A model generated the notes under the pieces. It was given only the letters and a program-made list of their open reading frames with translations. It did no database searches and was not told the DNA's origin. Both the position numbers and the translations under genes were made by a program. Shown here one piece after another: positions 10,503-20,793 of a DNA stretch of 64,000 nt (position 1 is the first letter of the stretch; each line of letters starts with the position of its first letter). This DNA is from Candidatus Bathyarchaeia archaeon (GTDB lineage: Archaea; Thermoproteota; Bathyarchaeia; Bathyarchaeales; Bathycorpusculaceae): positions 29,444-93,443 of the forward strand of contig JAVZLK010000006.1 in NCBI GenBank assembly GCA_038883795.1, in the 5' to 3' direction.

Positions 10503-10937
10503 ATGCCCAAAACGTTCATGATGAAACTTGACAAGATACAACCAACCCAACTCTATATCAGCTCAGAAAAGCTCTCTGAAGTAATGAAAACCTTCGACGC
10601 CAAAAATCCAAAAGCCATGGAACCCATACCAATAAAGAAACTTGAAAACGAAATAATCTTCGTAGACGGACACACAAGAGCTTTTGCCGCATTCTTACAT
10701 GGCTTTTCCGAAGTTCCAGTTTATTGGGAAGACGAGGAACTTGACTGGGACGCCTATAAAATCTGCCTTAAATGGTGCAAGAAAGAAAAGATTCATACAA
10801 TAGCCGACCTCAGAAATAGGGTTGTATCTCAAAGAGATTATGAGAGGTTATGGTATAAACGCTGCGAAAAAATGCAACAGAACTTAGAACTGAAAAGGAA
10901 GCGGAAATCCGCTAAGGATAAGCTTAAAAATATTTAG
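10503..10937 (+). CDS. ParB/sulfiredoxin-like domain protein
   Basis: IQPTQ..., PIPI, DGHTRAFAA...VPV signature. Confidence 0.65.
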   Translation: MPKTFMMKLDKIQPTQLYISSEKLSEVMKTFDAKNPKAMEPIPIKKLENEIIFVDGHTRAFAAFLHGFSEVPVYWEDEELDWDAYKICLKWCKKEKIHTIADLRNRVVSQRDYERLWYKRCEKMQQNLELKRKRKSAKDKLKNI

Positions 10938-11007
10938 GAAAAGGTTTTTAGTTTAGTTGTTATATGAAAGTCTGCAAATGTGTTAAGTGTTGTGAGGTTG
11001 ATGTTAA

Positions 11008-11736
11008 ATGTCTGTGTTTGCAGCACCAGGCGCTTATGATCGTGCCATAACCGTTTTCTCACCAGATGGAAGGCTCTTCCAAGTTGAATATGCCATGGAG
11101 TTAGTAAATCGTGGAGCCACCATTTTGGGGATAAGATGTTCTGAAGGAATTGTTTTGGGAGCCGAAGAGAATGTTGAACCTCTCGAAGAGGCTGAATATT
11201 CATGGAAAATCTTTAAGGTGGACGAGCATATAGGCGCAACCATAGTAGGCTTAAGCTCGGACGCCCGAATCCTCATAGACCAAGCCCGCATATACGCCCA
11301 AAGTAATAGGTTAACTTATGACGAGCCCATAGACACGGAAGTTGTAACAAAGAGAATATGCGACATAAAACAACTTTACACCCAACATGCAGGCGTAAGA
11401 CCCTTCGGAGTTTCCATAATCTTCGGAGGAGTTGATAAAACTGGAAACCGCTTGTTTGGAACCCACCCAAGCGGCACATATAGGGGTTATAAGGCTACGG
11501 CTCAAGGCGCTGGAAGAGAAACCGTTCTCGCCATATTGAAGGATGAGTACCGAGAAGAAATGAGCCTTGAAGAAGCAGAGAAACTGGCTGTTAAATGTTT
11601 AGTAAAAGCCTTAGAAGCAAGACAGTTGCCGCCAAGGATAAAGATTGCAGTAATTCCTTCAGCGACAAAGAAGATGGAAATGTTAAGTGACGAAAAAATT
11701 GAAGGGTATATGAAAAAGTTAGGCGTTGGCAAGTGA
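11008..11736 (+). CDS. psmA: Proteasome subunit alpha
   Basis: YDRAITVFSPDGRLFQVEYA, RPFGVS. Confidence 0.98.
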   Translation: MSVFAAPGAYDRAITVFSPDGRLFQVEYAMELVNRGATILGIRCSEGIVLGAEENVEPLEEAEYSWKIFKVDEHIGATIVGLSSDARILIDQARIYAQSNRLTYDEPIDTEVVTKRICDIKQLYTQHAGVRPFGVSIIFGGVDKTGNRLFGTHPSGTYRGYKATAQGAGRETVLAILKDEYREEMSLEEAEKLAVKCLVKALEARQLPPRIKIAVIPSATKKMEMLSDEKIEGYMKKLGVGK

Positions 11737-11743
11737 AACAAGG

Positions 11744-12433
11744 ATGAGTGATAAATACACGGTTGCACGAATAACAAAAGATAACGAGCATTTTGAAGTT
11801 CTTGTAAAGCCTCAAAAAGCCTTAGACTATCGCATGGGAAAAATAACCGCCATAACAGAAGTCTTAGTCGCAGAAACAATATTTTCAGACGCCAACAAAG
11901 GCACAAAAGTCTCGGAAGAAAGTCTCCGCAAAGCCTTTGGAACAACAGAAACCCTCAAAATAGCAGAAATCATACTGAAAAAGGGAACACTGCAGCTAAC
12001 AACAGAACAGCGCAAAAAAATGATTGAGGACAAGCGGAGACAAATAATAGATTTCATATCAAGACAATGTGTTGACCCCAAAACAAACCTGCCCCACCCA
12101 CCAACACGAATAGAAAACGCCATGGAACACATTCACTATCCAATCGACCCCTTCAAACCCGTAGAAGAACAAGCAAAAGAAATAATAAAACTTCTTCGGC
12201 AAGTCTTGCCATTAAAAATGGAACAGGTATCCGTTGGCGTTCGAATACCAGCAGAATATTCTGCCAGAGCCTACGGAACAATAAAAGGCTTCGGAACAAT
12301 AAAGAAGGAGGAATGGCGAGCAGATGGCTCATGGTATGGAATCCTTGAAATGCCAGCAGGCTTATATGGACCTTTCCTAGAAAAACTTGGAGAGATAACA
12401 AAAGGAAACGGAGAAGCAAAAATAATATCTTAA
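11744..12433 (+). CDS. Ribosome maturation protein SBDS/Sdo1
   Basis: FEVLV, IFSDANKG, LQLTTEQR, PHPPTRIE; conserved position after psmA. Confidence 0.95.
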   Translation: MSDKYTVARITKDNEHFEVLVKPQKALDYRMGKITAITEVLVAETIFSDANKGTKVSEESLRKAFGTTETLKIAEIILKKGTLQLTTEQRKKMIEDKRRQIIDFISRQCVDPKTNLPHPPTRIENAMEHIHYPIDPFKPVEEQAKEIIKLLRQVLPLKMEQVSVGVRIPAEYSARAYGTIKGFGTIKKEEWRADGSWYGILEMPAGLYGPFLEKLGEITKGNGEAKIIS

Positions 12434-12450
12434 CGAGGTTTTGGTAAAAC

Positions 12451-13158
12451 ATGCCAATATTCTTTGAAAACAGACAACTCGTAACTCCAGGGGATTTAAT
12501 CGCCGAAGGAGACTACATCCCCGGAGAAAACACATACGTAGAAGACAAGAAAATCTATGCCACAAGAATTGGAATAGTGGAATATGAAGATAAGAAAGTG
12601 AATGTGGTAGCCTTAAGAGCCTTCTACATTCCAAGGGTTGGAGACATAGTCATAGGAACCGTTGTTGAAGTTGGATTTAACGGTTGGACTGTCGACATAA
12701 ATGCGCCATATTTAGCCATTTTAAGGGCGTCTGATGTCCTAAGCAGACCATTTAAACCACAACAGGACGAGCTTTCCCAGTATTTAGATATAGGAGATCT
12801 CATAGTTGCAAAAATAATCGCTTACGACAGAGCCCACGACCCCCAACTAACAGTTGGCGAGCCTGGATTGGGGAAGATAACCCGAGGACAAATAATGAGA
12901 ATCACCCCGACAAAAATTCCACGAGTAATCGGCAGAAAAGGCTCCATGATATCCATGATAAAAAAGGAGACAAACTGCCAAATAATCCTCGGACTTAACG
13001 GAGTCATACTAATCACTGGAAAAACTCTTGAAGATGAAGAATTGGCAATGATGGCTATACATAAAATTGAAGAAGAATCCCACACAAGCGGCCTTACAGA
13101 CCGCATAACCCAAATGTTAAAAGAAGAAAAAGCGAAAAGGAAGGAAAAAAATGAGTGA
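12451..13158 (+). CDS. rrp4: Exosome RNA-binding protein Rrp4
   Basis: VTPGD, S1 domain [13 protein letters not shown] domain [10 protein letters not shown]. Confidence 0.96.
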   Translation: MPIFFENRQLVTPGDLIAEGDYIPGENTYVEDKKIYATRIGIVEYEDKKVNVVALRAFYIPRVGDIVIGTVVEVGFNGWTVDINAPYLAILRASDVLSRPFKPQQDELSQYLDIGDLIVAKIIAYDRAHDPQLTVGEPGLGKITRGQIMRITPTKIPRVIGRKGSMISMIKKETNCQIILGLNGVILITGKTLEDEELAMMAIHKIEEESHTSGLTDRITQMLKEEKAKRKEKNE

Positions 13159-13885
13159 AAAAACTGAAAAGTTAATTGATAAAAAAGGTTTAAGATTGGA
13201 TGGAAGAAAACCGGATGAGTTAAGACCAATAAAACTTGAAGTAGGCGTCTTATCAAACGCTGACGGTTCAGCCTACATAGAACAGGGAAAAAATAAAATT
13301 TTAGCAGCAGTTTATGGACCAAAAGAACTGCATCCAAAACACATGGCGCTCCCGGACAGGATGGTTTTGAGATGTCGTTATCATATGGCGCCATTCTCTG
13401 TTCAAGAAAGAAAATCGCCAGCACCATCAAGAAGGGAAATAGAACTCTCAAAAGTCATAAGGGAAGCCCTCGAACCATCAATCTTCCTCGAATATTACCC
13501 AAGAACCGGCTTAGACATTTTCATTGAAGTTTTACAGGCTGACGGAAGCACAAGATGCGCAAGCATAGTGGCAGCATCCCTAGCCCTAGCGGATGCGGGC
13601 GTTCCCATGCGGGATTTGGTTGTGGCTTGCTCTGCCGGAAAAATCGATGACACAATAATATTGGATTTGATGGATGCAGAGGATAAAATGGGTACGGCAG
13701 ATGTTCCCTTGGCTTTAATGCCGAACCTAAACGCTATAACACTGCTCCAGATGGATGGAATATTAACTCTCGAAGAGTTCGAAAAAGCTGTGAATTTAGC
13801 ATTGGAAGGCTGCAAGAAAATCTACGCATTGCAAAAGGAAGCATTAAAATCTAAGTATGTGAGCGCTAAGGAGGTTGAAGAATAA
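13151..13885 (+). CDS. rrp41: Exosome exonuclease Rrp41
   Basis: [32 protein letters not shown]. Confidence 0.97.
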   Translation: MSEKTEKLIDKKGLRLDGRKPDELRPIKLEVGVLSNADGSAYIEQGKNKILAAVYGPKELHPKHMALPDRMVLRCRYHMAPFSVQERKSPAPSRREIELSKVIREALEPSIFLEYYPRTGLDIFIEVLQADGSTRCASIVAASLALADAGVPMRDLVVACSAGKIDDTIILDLMDAEDKMGTADVPLALMPNLNAITLLQMDGILTLEEFEKAVNLALEGCKKIYALQKEALKSKYVSAKEVEE

Positions 13886-14676
13886 TGTCAGCCATGGTTA
13901 CCCGCGTAAAACAGAAACAAATAGCCCAACTAATTTCCAGAGGAAAACGTTTAGACGGCAGGGGCCTAACGGATTACCGCGAAATAAAAGTGGAACAGGG
14001 AATAATTGAAAAGGCCGAAGGTTCGGCGAGAGTTTTGCTTGGAAAAACAGAAGTCATGGTTGGAACAAAAATTGAAACAGGAGAACCCTTCTCTGACACG
14101 CCAAACGAAGGCGTCCTAACAGTAAACGCTGAACTAGTGCCCTTGGCTTCACCAACCTTTGAAGCTGGACCACCAGACGAAAACTCCATAGAACTTGCCA
14201 GAATCGTTGACAGAGGAATAAGGGAATCAAAAGCTATCGACCTAGAAAAATTATGTATAGAGCCTGGAAAGAAGGTTTTCGTTGTTTTTGTGGATGTTTA
14301 CGTGCTTAATCACGATGGAAATTTGATAGATGCCTCAGCTTTGGCTGCAGTGGCGGCTTTACTTAACACGAAAATGCCAAATTATGAAGTTGAAGAGGGC
14401 GAGGTAAAAATTAAGCCTGGTTATATCCCCCTTCCAATAAGAAGGCATCCGATAACGGTTACTTTTGCAAAGATAAGCGACAAACTTGTTGTAGACCCAT
14501 GGTTAGAAGAGGAACAAGTGATGGATGCTAGGCTTTCAATGGCAATAGATGATGACGGCAACATATGTGCAATACAAAAAGGAGGAAGCGGATACTTCAC
14601 ACCGAAAGAGGTTTTAGAAGCTGCAAGCATAGCAAAAGAAAAAGCTGGAGAAATACGCAAAAAACTAAAATGGTGA
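13885..14676 (+). CDS. rrp42: Exosome protein Rrp42
   Basis: GKRLDGR, AEGSA, ELARIVDRGIRES, DGNLIDA, IQKGG. Confidence 0.97.
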   Translation: MSAMVTRVKQKQIAQLISRGKRLDGRGLTDYREIKVEQGIIEKAEGSARVLLGKTEVMVGTKIETGEPFSDTPNEGVLTVNAELVPLASPTFEAGPPDENSIELARIVDRGIRESKAIDLEKLCIEPGKKVFVVFVDVYVLNHDGNLIDASALAAVAALLNTKMPNYEVEEGEVKIKPGYIPLPIRRHPITVTFAKISDKLVVDPWLEEEQVMDARLSMAIDDDGNICAIQKGGSGYFTPKEVLEAASIAKEKAGEIRKKLKW

Positions 14677-14682
14677 AAACCT

Positions 14683-14976
14683 ATGGGAACAAAAAAGGTA
14701 GGACCCACCAGAGGTTTGGGAGCCCGTTACGGTGCCACGGTCAGAAAACGCTACATAAAAGTAATAACAGAAATGAAAAAGCCGCACGCTTGTCCCCAAT
14801 GTGGATTTTCGCGGGTTAAAAGAGTAAGTGTCGGAGTTTGGAAATGCAGAAAATGCGGTTTCACCTTTACTGGTGGAGCTTACACACCCTCAACAAAGCT
14901 TGGAACAGTTGCGAAAAGAGTTGCCAAAGGCGCACCCATAGAAGAGACAGCATTAGAAACAGAAGAAACCGAGTAA
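14683..14976 (+). CDS. rpl37ae: 50S ribosomal protein L37Ae
   Basis: GARYG, CPQC..CRKC zinc finger, GGAY. Confidence 0.97.
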   Translation: MGTKKVGPTRGLGARYGATVRKRYIKVITEMKKPHACPQCGFSRVKRVSVGVWKCRKCGFTFTGGAYTPSTKLGTVAKRVAKGAPIEETALETEETE

Positions 14977-15006
14977 TACGCCATTATTTTATGAGTGACT
15001 TAAACA

Positions 15007-15576
15007 TTGATTGAAAAGCAACGTTTGCTGTTAACAACATCTAGAAGGCCAACAAGAAACATGAGAACTCTATGCAGAGAAATTAGTTACAACATTCCTT
15101 TTGCTGTGCGGATAAACCGCGGCAAACTAAGCTTAGAAGGAATAGCGGAAAAATCCATAGAGCTTAATGCCGAAAAAGTTTTGATTGTTGAGCGATGGAA
15201 ATTTGGAGTTGGAAAAATACAGCTTTTTCATGTAAAACCAGAAGGATTGGAAAGAACCCAACCAACCATTTATGTTCGCAATGTAAGGTTTCGAAGGAAT
15301 CTGGCAGCGGAGATGGTGAAGGGAAGAAGAATAAAAACAATAGCAATCGCAGCCTCGTCAAATGAAGATGTTGAGGTTAGGAAGCTGGAGAAGGCGCTTT
15401 CAGACTTTTTAACATTGCCAATTTTTTCATTAGAAGAAGTCGTTAACAGAAGATGCGATGCGGCATTGCAGATTAAAACTAGTCCACAAAAAGGTTTAAT
15501 CATCACTTTTATGCTACTACCAGAAATGGCTGAAATTGGTCCCCAGATTTGGGTATCGCATTTAATTTGGAGTTAG
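15007..15576 (+). CDS. Brix-domain ribosome biogenesis protein
   Basis: LLTTSRRPT, NRGK, EIGP; exosome superoperon context. Confidence 0.88.
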   Translation: MIEKQRLLLTTSRRPTRNMRTLCREISYNIPFAVRINRGKLSLEGIAEKSIELNAEKVLIVERWKFGVGKIQLFHVKPEGLERTQPTIYVRNVRFRRNLAAEMVKGRRIKTIAIAASSNEDVEVRKLEKALSDFLTLPIFSLEEVVNRRCDAALQIKTSPQKGLIITFMLLPEMAEIGPQIWVSHLIWS

Positions 15577-15580
15577 AAAT

Positions 15581-15832
15581 TTGAAGGCAAAGGCTGTTGT
15601 TAGGTTAAAGTTCCCCTCAAAAAAACATTTGGACATATTTCTTAAGGCTTTGGAGCCAGAGGTTAAAAAGCCAGCTACAGCCCGTTCAAAGGCAAACGTT
15701 GAAAGGATAGAAGATTCGCTGATTTTGAGGGTTGAAGCCAAGGATACGGTGGCTTTGCGTGCTACGTTAAATGCTTTTTTAAGGTGGATAAACTCTTTGG
15801 CGAGTGTTATAGAAGTTTTGGAAAAGCCCTAG
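15581..15832 (+). CDS. pcc1: KEOPS complex subunit Pcc1
   Basis: ALEPE, RS, A.D..ALRATLNAFLRW. Confidence 0.9.
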   Translation: MKAKAVVRLKFPSKKHLDIFLKALEPEVKKPATARSKANVERIEDSLILRVEAKDTVALRATLNAFLRWINSLASVIEVLEKP

Positions 15833-15908
15833 ATAGGTAATTTGTGTGTTTTACGGAAAATGCTTAATTAATAGCTTGGCTTAATGATGTGCAATGGAAG
15901 GATAGAGA

Positions 15909-16280
15909 GTGAGTGACGAAATTTCGAAGCTTCCACCCCAAGTTCAAGAACGACTGTTAAGGCTTCAGCAGCTTCAACAAACACTCCAGTCGGTGCTAGT
16001 TCAAAAGCAACAAGTGGAGATTGAATTAACAGAAATCGAACAAGCCTTAAGCGAATTAGAGAAGATGAGTGATGATGCAGTCATATACAAGGCTATCGGC
16101 TCGCTTTTAGTGAAGTCTGAAAAAGCCAAAACTGTGGCTGACTTGAATGAGCGAAAGGAGCTTTTTAACACCCGAGCAGCAGTTTTAGGAAAACAAGAAG
16201 AACGCTTACGAAGCCAAATAAAAGATTTGCAAACCAAGCTCCAGCAAGACTTAAGCCCAGTTTCTCCATCTCAGCCTTAA
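15909..16280 (+). CDS. pfdB: Prefoldin subunit beta
   Basis: LPPQVQ, coiled coils flanking the YKAIGSLLV hairpin. Confidence 0.95.
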   Translation: MSDEISKLPPQVQERLLRLQQLQQTLQSVLVQKQQVEIELTEIEQALSELEKMSDDAVIYKAIGSLLVKSEKAKTVADLNERKELFNTRAAVLGKQEERLRSQIKDLQTKLQQDLSPVSPSQP

Positions 16281-16294
16281 TAGAAACTGATTAG

Positions 16295-16606
16295 GTGGAA
16301 CTTTTGGAAGAGATGGACATACCAGAGTTAACAAGCGAACAAATTGAAGAACTCTGCACTGTTGCAGAAAATGCTGCGAGGGAGTATGTTACATCGAGAG
16401 TTCCTTCAAAAAGGATAGAAACACTAAACATAAGCGTTGAGGTAGAAGGCACAAAACCCGTGACTGTAACAATAGATGTGGATGTGGTTTTGTCGCCGTT
16501 GATGAAAGATTTTGACGTGAAGGGGCTTGCGGAAGAAGCTGTTAAAGAAGCGTTTGTTTCTGTTGATAAATATTTGAGGGCGTTAAAGTGTCATTCACAA
16601 AAATAA
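16295..16606 (+). CDS. DUF3194-family protein
   Basis: EELC..AE..AR.YV.S, ISVEV; usual position after pfdB. Confidence 0.75.
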   Translation: MELLEEMDIPELTSEQIEELCTVAENAAREYVTSRVPSKRIETLNISVEVEGTKPVTVTIDVDVVLSPLMKDFDVKGLAEEAVKEAFVSVDKYLRALKCHSQK

Positions 16607-17583
16607 TGAAACTTTTGGAAGAGATGGATGCTAAACTTGTTGTTTTATTATGCCACCATAATGCTGACCCAGACGCCATCTGCTCAGCCTATGCTTTCGC
16701 AAGTCTATTAAAAAGTTTAAAGCCGAAAGTTGAAGTTGAAATTGTGGCAGCTCAAGGAATAAGCCGCCTTTCAAAACATCTTCTTAAACATATTCCAATA
16801 GAAGTTAAAGCCCACTCCAACATTGAAAGGGCAGACGCCATAGTCTTGCTTGACACAAACACAATCCAACAACTCAATGATTTGGCTGAGAAGGTCAAAG
16901 TGTTAAAGGCTCCTCTCATAGTCATTGACCATCACGCTGCCCACCCAGAAACAGAACAGATGGCAAAAATCTGCATAAGCAATGAAGAAGCATCATCTAC
17001 ATGCGAAATCATATACAACTTCTACAAAGAAATGAATCTAAAACCAGGCGCAAATGAGGCTAAAGCATTGTTTTTGGGCATAGCTTTCGACACACGCCAT
17101 TTTGTATTAGCTAATTCTTCAACACTAAAATCCATTGCAGAACTCATAGACGCAGGCGTAAACGCACAGGAAACATTAGCTTTGCTTTCTTTACCCATGG
17201 ACTTTTCCGAAAGAGTTGCAAGGCTGAAGGCATGTAGAAGAGCCAAACTTTTCAAAGTTGAAGAATGGATAATTGCCTTTTCCCACGTAAGCGCTTACCA
17301 AGCCTCAGCAGCAAGAGCCATAATTGACCTGGGCGCCCACGTGGCTGTGGTGGCAGGGCAGAAGAATGAAAATCTTGAAATTAGTTTACGCTGCGTTCGC
17401 GAGTTTCACGAGAAGACAGGCATACATTTAGGCAAAGACATAGCCAAACCCTTAGGCGAGTATCTCCACGGCATGGGAGGTGGACACTCCACAGCCGCCG
17501 GCGTAAATGGTGTTGGAGATATTGAAACTGGGCTTAAACGATGTTTAAGGCTTCTTAAAGAAAAGTTGGCGAGTGTGGCATAG
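16588..17583 (+). CDS. DHH-family phosphoesterase
   Basis: HHNADPDA, IDHH, DT, GGGH motifs. Confidence 0.93.
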   Translation: MSFTKIMKLLEEMDAKLVVLLCHHNADPDAICSAYAFASLLKSLKPKVEVEIVAAQGISRLSKHLLKHIPIEVKAHSNIERADAIVLLDTNTIQQLNDLAEKVKVLKAPLIVIDHHAAHPETEQMAKICISNEEASSTCEIIYNFYKEMNLKPGANEAKALFLGIAFDTRHFVLANSSTLKSIAELIDAGVNAQETLALLSLPMDFSERVARLKACRRAKLFKVEEWIIAFSHVSAYQASAARAIIDLGAHVAVVAGQKNENLEISLRCVREFHEKTGIHLGKDIAKPLGEYLHGMGGGHSTAAGVNGVGDIETGLKRCLRLLKEKLASVA

Positions 17584-17642
17584 CATTTTAGTATAACATA
17601 TTTAAGTAGCTACTCTTAAATGACCCAAAATGACGCTTAAAA

Positions 17643-18515
17643 ATGGTAGGCACAAAAAGCATGCCAGTGATTGAAACAAAAAACCTCACATACACTTATC
17701 CGGGCGGAACAAAACCGTCAATTAGCGATGTTTCCATAAAAATAGAGAAAGGCGAGTTCGCTCTCATAACTGGTCCGAGCGGGTGTGGAAAAACAACCCT
17801 CTGCCGCTGCTTCAACGGATTAATACCTCACTTTTATCAAGGCGAATTAAAGGGAGAAATAACAGTCGCTGGATTGAATGTTCTAAAAAATCCAATTTAT
17901 GAAATGGCAAAACATGTGGGACTTGTGTTCCAAAACCCGGAAAACCAGCTTTTCGCCCTTTCTGTGGAGAAGGATGTTGCTTTCGGACTTGAAAACCTTG
18001 GGGTGCCAAGGGAAGAGATAAGAAAAAGGGTTGATTGGGCTCTGAATCTTACGGGTATATATGATTTAAGGGAGAGGGCGCCCCATGAACTTTCTGGGGG
18101 GCAGCAACAGCGTGTCGCCATCGCTTCAATATTGGCTATGCAGCCGGAAGTTATGGTTTTAGACGAACCAACCTCTTTCCTTGACCCGCTAAGTGCAAAG
18201 AAAATCTTTGAAGTAATTTATGAATTGAATAAGAAACTTGGAATAACTGTTGTGCTTGTTGAACATAGGCTCGATTTGACGGCTAGATATGCTGACCACA
18301 TAATCGTAATGGATGACGGCAAGGTTGTTTTGGACGGTGAACCCCGTGAAATCTTAAGCTCCGAAGAGGCACGCCTTATTGGAATAGGAATTCCGAAGGC
18401 CACACGCCTCTACCACATTTTAAGGAAGGACGGAATAAAATTGGGCAATACTGTTCCCTTGTCATCTGACGAGATGGCAAATCTCCTAAAGGAGGCTTTA
18501 AAAGTTCATGATTGA
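17643..18515 (+). CDS. ecfA1: ECF transporter ATPase EcfA
   Basis: GPSGCGKT, FQNPENQ, LSGGQQQR, LDEP. Confidence 0.92.
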   Translation: MVGTKSMPVIETKNLTYTYPGGTKPSISDVSIKIEKGEFALITGPSGCGKTTLCRCFNGLIPHFYQGELKGEITVAGLNVLKNPIYEMAKHVGLVFQNPENQLFALSVEKDVAFGLENLGVPREEIRKRVDWALNLTGIYDLRERAPHELSGGQQQRVAIASILAMQPEVMVLDEPTSFLDPLSAKKIFEVIYELNKKLGITVVLVEHRLDLTARYADHIIVMDDGKVVLDGEPREILSSEEARLIGIGIPKATRLYHILRKDGIKLGNTVPLSSDEMANLLKEALKVHD

Positions 18516-19341
18516 AGTGGAAGACGTCTACTTTAGGTATCCAAACGGCGTAGAAGCATTAAAGGGCGTATCCCTAACAATCAAAAACGGCGAATTTGTA
18601 GCCATCATGGGACAAAACGGTGCTGGAAAAACAACCCTCGTTAAACATTTTAATGGACTGCTAAAGCCGACAAAAGGGAGAGTCCTTGTAGATGATGTTG
18701 AAACAACGAAAGTTAGCGTGGCAACCCTAGCCAGAAAAGTGGGTTTTGTTTTTCAGAATCCAGACCATCAGCTTTTCTGCGAAACAGTGGAAGAGGAGAT
18801 AGCCTTCGCATTAAAAAATTTTGGGTTCAAAGAGTCAATCATAAAACGCAGAGTCCAGTGGGCTCTAAACCTTTTAGGATTAGCCCAATACAAGAAAACT
18901 TCGCCGTTCATGCTTAGCGGTGGAGAAAGAAAACGGGTAGCCCTCGCCTCGGTTCTTGCTTGGAACCCAAAAATACTCATATTAGATGAACCAACAATTG
19001 GGCAAGATTATCAACAGAAAGAGAAGCTTAGACAGTTTATTTTGCAGATGAAAACGCAGAGGAAAACTGTGATTATTGTTACGCATGATGTGGAGTTTGT
19101 GGCTGAATGTAACCCAAGAGTTGTTTTAATGCGGGAAGGAAAAATTGTTGCAGACGGCGAAGCAAAAGAGATTCTAACAAACGAGGAAGTCTTGACTCAA
19201 GCGTCCATAGTTCCGCCTCAAATAGCCCAAATTTTCATACAAATGCCGAACTTGGAACTGCCAAGAAACGTCATTGACGTTTACGAGGCAAGGGAAATAC
19301 TGCTTAAAATGTTGGAGGCGACATCAAATGAGCGTTTTTGA
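18508..19341 (+). CDS. ecfA2: ECF transporter ATPase EcfA'
   Basis: GQNGAGKT, FQNPDHQ, LSGGERKR, LDEPT. Confidence 0.92.
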   Translation: MIEVEDVYFRYPNGVEALKGVSLTIKNGEFVAIMGQNGAGKTTLVKHFNGLLKPTKGRVLVDDVETTKVSVATLARKVGFVFQNPDHQLFCETVEEEIAFALKNFGFKESIIKRRVQWALNLLGLAQYKKTSPFMLSGGERKRVALASVLAWNPKILILDEPTIGQDYQQKEKLRQFILQMKTQRKTVIIVTHDVEFVAECNPRVVLMREGKIVADGEAKEILTNEEVLTQASIVPPQIAQIFIQMPNLELPRNVIDVYEAREILLKMLEATSNERF

Positions 19342-20116
19342 CGGATTAAAATTTCGAAGGGTTTATTCGCCAATTCACAATTTAGACCCAAGAATAAAAT
19401 TCATTTATGTAATCGCAATTTTTGTCATAGCAATAATCTTTTGGGAACTCCTACCCCTAATCGTACTTTTTGTCATACAGATACCCTTCGTCGTTTTGGC
19501 TGGAGTTAAACGGGAATGGCTTCGTTCAATGCGTGGAGGCGCATTCTTAGCCACAATAATTTTCATAACAAATTTCGCTGTTGCCTATTTTGGAGGACGT
19601 GGATTAGCAGAAAGCCTAGAAAATGCCATAGCCTTAACACTACGTTTCATAGTCCTAATAGAATCCTTCTCAATCTTCTTCTTGACAACATCACCAGACC
19701 ATTTAGGTTTAGCCCTAGAACAGACAGGAATGCCCTACGAGTTCTGCTTTGCCTTCACAACTGCTGTACGCTTTGTCCCAGTTTTAGCCGAAGAAGCTCA
19801 AACAATAATGGATGCCCAAAAGGCTAGGGGTCTAGAGCTTGAGCGGGGAAACTTTCTCAAAAGAGTTAGAAATTACATTCCAATTCTCATACCATTAATC
19901 GTAAGCGCAATCCGAAGAAGCCTAGAGTTGGCAGAAGCCATGGAATCCCGTGCTTGGGGAGCAACCAAAAAGCGCACAAACCTTTACGTGTTAAAAATGC
20001 ATAAAAACGACTTTATTCTCATAGCCATAACTATTGGAATTTTGTTAACAGCAATTTACATCCGCCTATACGTTCCAATTCCATCATTAAACCAGCTTTT
20101 GAAAGGCACAATTTAA
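19328..20116 (+). CDS. ecfT: ECF transporter T component
   Basis: LDPRIK, RFVP, AQKARG, AMESR motifs; ATG 19328 is the likely start. Confidence 0.93.
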   Translation: MSVFDGLKFRRVYSPIHNLDPRIKFIYVIAIFVIAIIFWELLPLIVLFVIQIPFVVLAGVKREWLRSMRGGAFLATIIFITNFAVAYFGGRGLAESLENAIALTLRFIVLIESFSIFFLTTSPDHLGLALEQTGMPYEFCFAFTTAVRFVPVLAEEAQTIMDAQKARGLELERGNFLKRVRNYIPILIPLIVSAIRRSLELAEAMESRAWGATKKRTNLYVLKMHKNDFILIAITIGILLTAIYIRLYVPIPSLNQLLKGTI

Positions 20117-20146
20117 ACCATAAGGCTTTTAATACAGACCTAATTA

Positions 20147-20767
20147 ATGGGTTTCGAGGCTAAAAAGTTGGAAATGCTCAAGGCAGCGGCGGAAGAAATC
20201 ATTCAGGGAATTAAACGGTGCATTGAAGAACTTAACATACAAGAAGTGGAACGATTCATCGAGCTTCTTATAGGAGCAAAGGAAAGAAAAATCTTTATTG
20301 TAGGCATTGGAAGAAGCGGATTCGTCGCCAGAGCCTTCGCCTTGCGCTTGATGAATTTGGGATTTAACGTTTACTTCTTGGGCGAAACCATCACACCAGC
20401 AGCCGAAAAAGGAGACCTCCTCATAGCCATTTCTGGAACAGGCGCCACAAAAATGGTTTTAACAGCAAGCACAGCAGCTAAAGAAATAGGCGCCACAGTA
20501 ATTGCCATCACATCCTTTCCAGAATCCCCACTGGGTCAAATGGCTGACCTCGTAGTGACCGTTAAAGGAAGGACAAAGATGGGTTGGCCGAGGGAAGAGG
20601 ATTATTTGGCTAGGCAGATTATGGGTGAAAGGGAACCGTTGACTCCGTTGGGAAGCGTCTTCGAAAACAATTGTATGGTATTCTTAGACAGCTTAATTGT
20701 GGAGTTAATGCATCGAATGGGGAGAACCGAGGAGGATTTAAAGCGTAGGCATGCAACAATAGAGTAG
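20147..20767 (+). CDS. hxlB: 6-phospho-3-hexuloisomerase
   Basis: GIGRSG, RLMNLG, GETITP, SGTG.T, PLGSVFE, RHATIE. Confidence 0.93.
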   Translation: MGFEAKKLEMLKAAAEEIIQGIKRCIEELNIQEVERFIELLIGAKERKIFIVGIGRSGFVARAFALRLMNLGFNVYFLGETITPAAEKGDLLIAISGTGATKMVLTASTAAKEIGATVIAITSFPESPLGQMADLVVTVKGRTKMGWPREEDYLARQIMGEREPLTPLGSVFENNCMVFLDSLIVELMHRMGRTEEDLKRRHATIE

Positions 20768-20793
20768 GCTTAAAATTATGGAGAGTGTCGCCT

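Noticed and set aside
12822-13451. Long antisense or alternate-frame ORFs such as 12822-13451, 30904-31560 and 6112-6561
   Set aside because: Shadows of well-supported genes, with no motifs of their own.
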